DNA of 64,000 bases. Origin: Candidatus Aenigmatarchaeota archaeon (GTDB taxonomy: Archaea > Aenigmatarchaeota > Aenigmatarchaeia > Aenigmatarchaeales > Aenigmatarchaeaceae). Below, piece by piece: positions 57,246 through 64,000 of the stretch. Location: contig JBDRJK010000011.1 of assembly GCA_043814985.1 (NCBI GenBank), positions 26,778 to 90,777 on the forward strand. The letters run 5' to 3'. The position numbers and the translations under genes were made by a program. Numbering within the stretch: position 1 is the stretch's first letter; every line of letters starts with the position of its first letter. The notes under the pieces are model-generated. The model saw only the letters and a list, made by a program, of their open reading frames with translations, did no database searches and was not told the origin of the DNA.

Positions 57246-57763
57246 TTTACCAACTTGATATAAAACTTGCCGGGAAGCTTGTTTGCCGCCCTCTTGAGGG
57301 CCATCCTGACACCGGCTTCTGAATTATTATTCGAATTAACAGTTATTATTTTCTGTCCTATCTTGACCCTTGCTGCCATGCCAGCAGGTTTTCCAAAGCT
57401 CTTTCTCATTCCTTGCGAGAACCTGTCAGCTCCTGCTCCTGTTGCCATGGCATTTTCCCTTAGAACATTATGGGGATAAATTAGAATCTTGAGGAAGAAG
57501 TTGTTTTCACCTAACTTCTTGGTTAAACATTTCAATGTTGTAATTCTTGCGGATTCCAATGAATTGGACCTTATTTGGATAAACTCCCTGCTTACCAGGT
57601 TGAATGTCATAGGATAGTCTCCTTTCTTACCCATTTCAAACTGGTGTATTTTTGGGACTGGAACTCCCTTTACATAACTCTTTCTAGGCTTGTGTACTGA
57701 AATCCTTGTATATGCCTTTTTCTTTGGATGATGATATGATCTTCCTGGTCTTAAGCTAGCCAT
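57242..57763 (-). CDS. rpl10e: 50S ribosomal protein L10e (uL16)
   Basis: LRPGRSY, QIRSNSLESAR, LRENAMATGAGADR.SQGMR.SFGKP. Confidence 0.96.
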   Translation of the reverse strand: MASLRPGRSYHHPKKKAYTRISVHKPRKSYVKGVPVPKIHQFEMGKKGDYPMTFNLVSREFIQIRSNSLESARITTLKCLTKKLGENNFFLKILIYPHNVLRENAMATGAGADRFSQGMRKSFGKPAGMAARVKIGQKIITVNSNNNSEAGVRMALKRAANKLPGKFYIKLVK

Positions 57764-57807
57764 AAACTTACCTTTCAAACATTTGTTAGAGAATTTTATA
57801 AATGTTT

Positions 57808-58974
57808 CTAAAACTTAAATAACTTCTTCTTTTCCTTCTTTTTTGTAGCATGATGCTTCTTTATCTGCTTCTCTACTTCCTTGACTGCCTTAGAATCATT
57901 GCTCACTCCGCATGTGTTGCCAACGCCGATTATAAGTATTTTCTCGTTCTTCCTTGACCTATTAATTGATGCTTTTACAGCTTCAACTGCTGTTGGAATT
58001 GAAGCAAACACCTCTTTCTGCATGTGCATCAAGGCTTCCTCGTTTGAGACCTTTATCACAACAGCATCCAAAGGAATTTTCTTCTTGACAACAACCTGCT
58101 CTATTTCGAATCTTTCAACGCCGATTCCGCCCATTGCAATTCCAACACCCTCTGCGATTGTCCCTGTTTTCTCGCCCTCCAGCTTGAGTCCAGCGTCGAT
58201 TGTTATTATCTTGTTGATTCTCTGCCTTTTCAAGAATTTGGTCAAGAACTTGCCAGGATAACCTGTTGCTGCGCCTGGTCCGTCTGCCTTTGATATCCAG
58301 ACATCCCTGTTGTTTATCTTTGTTTTGGCAACGGCAAAAACTTCATCTTCGAATATTTTTGGCTTTTCTTTTATTAGACTTGCTGCGACCAGCGGGCCTA
58401 TGCCATCGCCTATTGGCAGGCCATTGACAAAAGCATGGGTTGCCTTCATTGAGGCCTTGGCAATGCTTGTGATTAATGGTATCTGCATCTGGATGATCAT
58501 TGCGTACTGGAACATCTTGTACTTCTTAATCAGTTCAACATAGTGCCTCACTATCTTTGCTATCTGGTGGGTTGTTATTGCTCCAGACAAGGCATTCTTG
58601 ATGTTCTTCTTCTCGTCCTTTGATGCGCTTGGATTTATCTGGTTAACAAAATATGTGAACCTAGAATCGTAATTTTTAATAATGTGGTCGAGCTTCTTCA
58701 TTATCCCGTAAGGGTCTGTCTCGATGGGTGTCACGGCAAAGAAATCCATGAAACTGTTAAGCTCTTTCTTGACATCCTTTTTTGATTTTTTGGAGATTGT
58801 CTTGAAAATATATCCCCTGGATTTTATTGCCATCTGCTCAAGGTCAGCTGCCTCTTTCTCCAGCTTCATTATTGTCTGCGTTGTCATCAATCTAGGGCCG
58901 AAGAAAATCGATATTATTATTAAAATAATCCACACAACCGTGGATATCCAGTCCCCTCCAATTTGGGATAGCAT
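57808..58974 (-). CDS. DUF1512-family protein
   Basis: PIGDGIGPLVA, KADGPG, IDAGLKLEGE, GVGNT.GV. Confidence 0.8.
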   Translation of the reverse strand: MLSQIGGDWISTVVWIILIIISIFFGPRLMTTQTIMKLEKEAADLEQMAIKSRGYIFKTISKKSKKDVKKELNSFMDFFAVTPIETDPYGIMKKLDHIIKNYDSRFTYFVNQINPSASKDEKKNIKNALSGAITTHQIAKIVRHYVELIKKYKMFQYAMIIQMQIPLITSIAKASMKATHAFVNGLPIGDGIGPLVAASLIKEKPKIFEDEVFAVAKTKINNRDVWISKADGPGAATGYPGKFLTKFLKRQRINKIITIDAGLKLEGEKTGTIAEGVGIAMGGIGVERFEIEQVVVKKKIPLDAVVIKVSNEEALMHMQKEVFASIPTAVEAVKASINRSRKNEKILIIGVGNTCGVSNDSKAVKEVEKQIKKHHATKKKEKKKLFKF

Positions 58975-59010
58975 AAAATCACTTATCTTGTTTGTTATTT
59001 AAATAATTAT

Positions 59011-59598
59011 CTATATAAGCCATAACAAAATTCCCGTTATTAGCGGGACTGACAGGTTGTCGTCTATTCTCGGAAGCATCTCAACAATTGTCACGACAGC
59101 AGCAATAAAAATGGCTTCCACAGGGCTCACAAAGAACAGTAGTATAATCAGGGTGGCTGCAAAAAATACAGTGCTGCCCTCCCAGCTCTTCTTTTTATTG
59201 ATTGGCAGCTTGTGCTTGCCGAAAAAGGTTCCCACAACTGTTGACAAGGCATCTGATAATGACAGGACAGCTATGGAGGCTATTGCTATCTCAGTTTGAA
59301 ACAGTGCTGTAACGAGAAAGCAGCCCATGTAAAACATTATTGCTCCGCGGAACGGCAGCTCACTCTCCCTTTCATATGTCTTGAACTCGTCTTCTATCTT
59401 GTCTTCAAACTCGTCCAGTGCTCTTATCTTTACTAGTTTGTACTTTTTCTTGTTCTTCCTGTATTCCCCCATGACAAGGAAGGTGAGTGAAACCAAGAGC
59501 ATAAGCAAGGCAGCATACCACTTTCCGAATATGTGAATAAGTATAATAGAGAAAACACCCAAAGCATGAACAATCTGTCTCTTTATCTCAAAATCCAT
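59011..59598 (-). CDS. SEC59/DGK1/VTE5-family CTP-dependent kinase
   Basis: RQIVH, D.LST.VG..FGK, KKSWEGS, DDNLSVP. Confidence 0.85.
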   Translation of the reverse strand: MDFEIKRQIVHALGVFSIILIHIFGKWYAALLMLLVSLTFLVMGEYRKNKKKYKLVKIRALDEFEDKIEDEFKTYERESELPFRGAIMFYMGCFLVTALFQTEIAIASIAVLSLSDALSTVVGTFFGKHKLPINKKKSWEGSTVFFAATLIILLFFVSPVEAIFIAAVVTIVEMLPRIDDNLSVPLITGILLWLI

Positions 59599-59602
59599 AA
59601 AA

Positions 59603-59893
59603 TCATTTTTTTCTCTTGAACGGCCATGCAAGTATCTTGAAAAAATGCACTATGAAATGGTAGAACTCGTAAACAAAAAACATTGTCAGGCCTACGAACG
59701 CAAAGGTTATACCAGTCTCTAAATTAGCAGTTATTGGCAGTCCCATGTAGCTGGCCACCCACGGGAAGGCAAAGCTTGCAACAGATATTATAGAGACCTT
59801 TACAATCATCTTGAACAGCTTGTACATGACAAAAACAAATACAATAAATGTCAGAAAAATGATTATAGTCTCAATTGTCACTTCAACAACCAT
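59603..59893 (-). CDS. Small membrane protein
   Basis: About three TM segments. Confidence 0.6.
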   Translation of the reverse strand: MVVEVTIETIIIFLTFIVFVFVMYKLFKMIVKVSIISVASFAFPWVASYMGLPITANLETGITFAFVGLTMFFVYEFYHFIVHFFKILAWPFKRKK

Positions 59894-59926
59894 ATATGAT
59901 AATTAGTGCAGGCATTTTTAAAAGTC

Positions 59927-60694
59927 TTAACCACTCTTTAAAAGCCTTGACAAAAAAGACAAAAAGCTTTTCTCTTCCTCTTCCCCAACTAGCCATCTGG
60001 CGAATCTTGTCAGCTCCTTGCTTGCCGAGGACCTGGGCTTGTGCATGACAATGGGTCTTCTCTCTGCCAGGCTCTTGTGAACGTTCATGTCATAAGGAAT
60101 GGATGCAATCACAGGCAACTCTGTCAGAATCTCTACTTCCTTTTCTGAAAGCTCATGCTTTCCCTTGGTGATCATGTTCAGCACAACGCCTATTGGCTTT
60201 TTCTTCATGCTCTTTATGATGTCCCTGCATTTTATCACGTCTGTTACAGCGGGCAGGTTCGGGTTTGTGACAAAGATTATCTCATTGCTGGCCTTGATGG
60301 CTGAAAGAGCCTCTTCCCCCAATCCTGGAGAAGAGTCTAGAAGAATAATGTCAACTTTCTTATGCAGCTTGCTTATGACGCTCTTTAGCTTTGAGGAATC
60401 CACCCCGACCATTTCTCCCAGACGTATGGAGGCAGGGATTACCTTCATTCCACTCGGGTGGCTGTACATTGCATCCTTGATTTTAGTTTCGCCTCTTAGC
60501 ACGTGGTTTAATGTGACAGGGCAGTAGTACATGCCAAGGGAAAGGCTTAGATGTGATGTGGTTAGGTTGCAGTCAACAATCGCGACATCTTTTTTGAGCT
60601 TCTTGGCTAGGACAGCACCCAAGTTAGCTGTTACAGTGGTCTTACCAACACCGCCCTTGCCTGATATTATTCCTATTCTTCTTGCCTTTTTCAT
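59927..60694 (-). CDS. minD: MinD/ParA-family ATPase
   Basis: SGKGGVGKTT, DSSPG, C-terminal amphipathic SFLSFLSRLL. Confidence 0.88.
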   Translation of the reverse strand: MKKARRIGIISGKGGVGKTTVTANLGAVLAKKLKKDVAIVDCNLTTSHLSLSLGMYYCPVTLNHVLRGETKIKDAMYSHPSGMKVIPASIRLGEMVGVDSSKLKSVISKLHKKVDIILLDSSPGLGEEALSAIKASNEIIFVTNPNLPAVTDVIKCRDIIKSMKKKPIGVVLNMITKGKHELSEKEVEILTELPVIASIPYDMNVHKSLAERRPIVMHKPRSSASKELTRFARWLVGEEEEKSFLSFLSRLLKSG

Positions 60695-60698
60695 AAAA

Positions 60699-61721
60699 TC
60701 ACTTTTTAGATTTTCTGGTCCTCATGTTCAAAATCTTCTCCTCGTATTTTGACTTAAGCTCCTCATAGCTTTCGCTCGATATCAAACCCTCTTTATACTC
60801 CTCTTCAAGCAAACCTTCAGCATCTTCCAGTCTTATTATTTCTTCTTCTGTTTTTTTGTTTGGCCCCCTATTATCCAACATACTCCCTCCTCTCTCCAAA
60901 AGTTTCTTTATCTTCAGACCCGGAACCTTTCTGACAGGTGGCTTATCGAAATTCATCATGGGCAACCTTCTGCCTACCTTACGGCCTTTTAAAACAAAGA
61001 ACAAAAACATTCCTAAAACTATTATGAGAAGTGCTATTATTAAAATCCATTCAATGGATAAAGTTTCAATGGTTTCAATAACTTCTGCTTGCGGTATTGA
61101 CAAGTCATACTCGGCCCTTTTGATGAAATTCTCAGCGTCTATTATGTTTTCTGTTGCATCCTCATAGAGCCCATTGGTGACAAAGTTTGACGCAGCATTC
61201 AGCAGGGACTCTGCCTCGTATAGTGATTCTTTTATTGAGTCAATGTCTTTGCCCATTTTCTCAGCCCTGTCAGCATCTTGTTTTAGATTGTTTATGCTGT
61301 CCCTGAAACCCTGTATCTGGTAAAGAACCATTTCAGACCTTGATGTGAATACCCTTATTGTGAAGCCTTCGCTCACACTAACCTCGTTTGACTTGGCATT
61401 CAAGGAGAAAGCATACTTGCCCTTTTCTTCTTCAACGGGAACATGAAGTTTCACTATGAAAGATGCTGTCTGGTTTGGTGCTATGTTTGTTTTTTCTGTC
61501 TGGACTTCAAACCAGTTGGAATTCCCATCGCTTATGAAAACTTCTACATTGTCAAGTTCAACATCCCCTGAATTTTTCACTTTAACGTTCAGATACCTTA
61601 TCCAGCCCTTTTCAATCAACATCTCCTTCTCGTATTCTATTATCTCAAGGCTTGGGGTCTGGGCAAGAGCTATGTTTGCGAGTATCAAAAACAGCAGCAT
61701 TAAAGAAATTATTTTTTTCAT
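60699..61721 (-). CDS. Membrane protein with extracellular Ig-like (CARDB/NEW3) domain, helical stalk and cytoplasmic tail
   Basis: Signal peptide, VKNSGDVELDNV, TM, EEYKEGLISSESYEELK. Confidence 0.7.
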   Translation of the reverse strand: MKKIISLMLLFLILANIALAQTPSLEIIEYEKEMLIEKGWIRYLNVKVKNSGDVELDNVEVFISDGNSNWFEVQTEKTNIAPNQTASFIVKLHVPVEEEKGKYAFSLNAKSNEVSVSEGFTIRVFTSRSEMVLYQIQGFRDSINNLKQDADRAEKMGKDIDSIKESLYEAESLLNAASNFVTNGLYEDATENIIDAENFIKRAEYDLSIPQAEVIETIETLSIEWILIIALLIIVLGMFLFFVLKGRKVGRRLPMMNFDKPPVRKVPGLKIKKLLERGGSMLDNRGPNKKTEEEIIRLEDAEGLLEEEYKEGLISSESYEELKSKYEEKILNMRTRKSKK

Positions 61722-61930
61722 TTCGCCCACCAGACCACCTTTTGCTTTGACCCGAACTTTGACTCTTCGTTCCTGCAATCGATCATGTCCATGGCTTTCA
61801 GCTTGTAACAGTGGGAAATTGCTGTAGGCCAAGTCACGTTTATCTTTTTAGCGATTTGATAAGTGGACAAGGGACTTTTCAATTTCTTGAGAAGATTCAA
61901 TATATTTTTGTCCACATCTGAAAGTATCAT
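61718..61930 (-). CDS. Small wHTH protein
   Basis: LSTYQIAKKINVTWPTAISHCYKL. Confidence 0.75.
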   Translation of the reverse strand: MILSDVDKNILNLLKKLKSPLSTYQIAKKINVTWPTAISHCYKLKAMDMIDCRNEESKFGSKQKVVWWAK

Positions 61931-61952
61931 AATATATTATTATAATAATATA

Positions 61953-63476
61953 TTAATATACTTCTATGTCTTCCTGCTTTGGAGACTCTTCGGTCATTAT
62001 AGTTTCAATCTGTTTATTGCCAGTGTTAGAGGAGCCAACAATCTTGTTTAAGCCTTCCGCAAAGACGTCTGCGATGTCATTGTACCCATAATCCCTCCAG
62101 GCATCACTGACGTCCATTAACAAGCCCTTGACTAGAGACTCCTTCATGCTGTCCCACAGTTCCATGATCTTCATCTCAGAAACAGTTTTGTCCAGTTCAG
62201 ACATTAGAAATGTAATATCCCTTACATTCTCTGTTCTCATTATCATGTTCAGGATCTCGAAAAAATTAATTTTCATCTCATTCCTTGAAAGCTTTTTGCT
62301 GACTTCCTTCAGCTTTGACAGCATGTTCCTTACAACCTCGGTCTGGGTCTTTAGGGTTATGCCTATTTCTTCTCCCTCCAGAGTCTGGATTTTGTCCTCT
62401 AGCTTTGACATGCCGTCCTTCATCTCGCTTATCAATGAGGGCAAAGGTTTCGTGCTGAACTCCTCTTCGCCTTCCAGCTTTTCAATTTCCTCGTCCAGCT
62501 TTTTGAGAAGGCTGAAGTTCTTCACCTTTACCTCATTGAAAGACCTTTCTGATAATTTGCCTTCTCTGTGCTGTGCCTCAATGTCTGCCAGCAGTTTTGA
62601 GACATTTGTCCTCTTGCTTTTCAGTTCGTTCTTCTTTGTTACTATCTCCTTTACCGGAACTTTTAGCACACCCTCAACTTCCCTTATCCTATCTTCTGTC
62701 TTTTCCAAGTTAGAGGCAATCACATTGTCTACCCCTCTTTTGAAAGCTTCCAAGTCCTGCTTCGAGGCAAAGGCAGTGAGCCTGATGTTCATTCCGTCAA
62801 CAGATTTCATGAGCTCCTTGCTCATATCGTCGACCTTATCCAGCTTCATCTTGAATCCAGGGAACTCTTTTAATCTGTTGTCCATTTCCATGTAGAACTT
62901 CTCGGACTTTGAGGCCATCCTGTCAATATCAGACTTTGTGTTTTCATTCTTTCTTACAGTCTCATTCACTTTGTCGAGGATGCTCTCCATATTCTCCATG
63001 CTTTTTATGTTATCAGTGACCTTTTCCACGTTCCTCAGCTTGTTAAGCATCTCCTTGTTCATGGCTTCCAGCCTCTCTATCTTCATGGCCTTGTCTTCAA
63101 TCTCCGCCCTCCTTTTATCCATCTCCTTGGTTATCCTTTTGGGCTCAATGCCAGAAACAGCATCCTCAATGAACTTTATTTTTGACTCCATCTCCTTTAT
63201 TGAGGATTCTCTTTGAAACACAAGGGACCTTAGTTCGCCTATCTTTTCTGTTAGCTCTCTTATTCTCTCGTCTGCCTGAAACTTAACTTCCTTCAGGTTC
63301 TTTATCTCGACTGAAAACTTTTCCATGTTCATGATGACTTTTTTCAGGTCGTCATCCTTTTCAAGCTTGTATTCAGGCTTCTTCTCTTCCTCTTTCTCAG
63401 GCCTATCCCTGATTACTCCCTGCTCTTTTAAAATCTCGCCAACGGTTTTGCTCTCCGTACTAATCCCTCTTTTCAA
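61953..63476 (-). CDS. Long coiled-coil protein (start TTG 63476 or ACG 63458)
   Basis: E/K-rich heptads throughout; HREGKLSERSFNEVK. Confidence 0.75.
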   Translation of the reverse strand: MKRGISTESKTVGEILKEQGVIRDRPEKEEEKKPEYKLEKDDDLKKVIMNMEKFSVEIKNLKEVKFQADERIRELTEKIGELRSLVFQRESSIKEMESKIKFIEDAVSGIEPKRITKEMDKRRAEIEDKAMKIERLEAMNKEMLNKLRNVEKVTDNIKSMENMESILDKVNETVRKNENTKSDIDRMASKSEKFYMEMDNRLKEFPGFKMKLDKVDDMSKELMKSVDGMNIRLTAFASKQDLEAFKRGVDNVIASNLEKTEDRIREVEGVLKVPVKEIVTKKNELKSKRTNVSKLLADIEAQHREGKLSERSFNEVKVKNFSLLKKLDEEIEKLEGEEEFSTKPLPSLISEMKDGMSKLEDKIQTLEGEEIGITLKTQTEVVRNMLSKLKEVSKKLSRNEMKINFFEILNMIMRTENVRDITFLMSELDKTVSEMKIMELWDSMKESLVKGLLMDVSDAWRDYGYNDIADVFAEGLNKIVGSSNTGNKQIETIMTEESPKQEDIEVY

Positions 63477-64000
63477 TAGTTTTTATTCTTGATTTTATTG
63501 ATTCTATGTAAGTCTCGGCCATTCTCATCTGGCCGGTCTTTATCTTTTCCAATCCCAGTTTCAGTTCCAGTTCCATATCATAAGTATCAATTCCCTGCTT
63601 CTTTAATTTTTCTACATATTCTTCCAATTCCCTTATTTCCTTCATGAACTTTTCATAATTGTCCAGTTCCTTGTCTGTCAGCCTGAAGGTGTCATGCAAC
63701 AGTGGTCTGAATGTCACGAACCAGGGCTTACCGTCGTTGTAGTCTGGGTTCTGCACCATGCCTGTGCCGACTTCCAATTTCGGAATTGAAGCGGAATATT
63801 CCCAGCCGTACTTGGTTTTTATCCTGTTAACATCGCCTGAATACTTGGTCCTCAATTGCGATTCGGTTGCAATGACAGCCCTTATTGCTCCCTTGAAGTC
63901 CAACAGTACCTGCGATATCATTATCAGACCGATTCCCCATTTCCTGAATTCTCTGACAGCCCTTTCAACAGCGAGGTAGCCTCCTCCCTCCAAAGTTGCT
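63460..64000 (-). CDS. HerA/VirB4-like ATPase, C-terminal part (starts outside the window)
   Basis: VREFRKWGIGLIMISQ...DF; GMVQNPDYNDGKP. Confidence 0.75.
   Translation of the reverse strand, partial: ATLEGGGYLAVERAVREFRKWGIGLIMISQVLLDFKGAIRAVIATESQLRTKYSGDVNRIKTKYGWEYSASIPKLEVGTGMVQNPDYNDGKPWFVTFRPLLHDTFRLTDKELDNYEKFMKEIRELEEYVEKLKKQGIDTYDMELELKLGLEKIKTGQMRMAETYIESIKSRIKTIEKRD

Overview
Archaeal chromosomal segment. TBP, MCM, RFC, aIF2-beta, GatDE, exosome/proteasome genes and GGTGA Shine-Dalgarno motifs show this directly. The compact genes, short GatE and DPANN-style surface proteins suggest a DPANN lineage, perhaps Aenigmatarchaeota (inference). The backbone holds the exosome-proteasome-RNase P cluster (rrp4, SBDS, psmA, pop5, rpp30, rpl15e), nreA, ychF, a DRG-like GTPase, gatD/gatE, a MiaB-like methylthiotransferase, dph6, tbp-mcm-RPA-aIF2b, rfcL/S, rpl40e, DGGGP synthase, tRNA-Thr and tRNA-Pro, trmI, rpl10e and minD. 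A surface/cell-envelope island lies at about 12.9-27 kb. The strongest hidden pattern is that accessory genes sit at the ends of host genes and leave a diverged copy of the host terminus on their far side. Two free-standing HTH-LAGLIDADG endonuclease genes appear to have invaded the 5' end of nreA and the 3' end of gatD and supplied replacement termini. Similar scars flank a PIN gene (58-bp repeat), a subtilase + MNT-HEPN block (141-bp ychF repeat), a P-loop kinase (21-bp repeat) and a PAS gene (17-bp tRNA-3'-like repeat). Also notable: an apparently circularly permuted polysaccharide deacetylase coupled to a processive GT2, an unannotated RHH regulator with a recurring TGCGTAAT promoter motif, a structured leader with a uORF, and probable ACG/ATA start codons. 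All family assignments come from motif recognition by eye; no searches were run.
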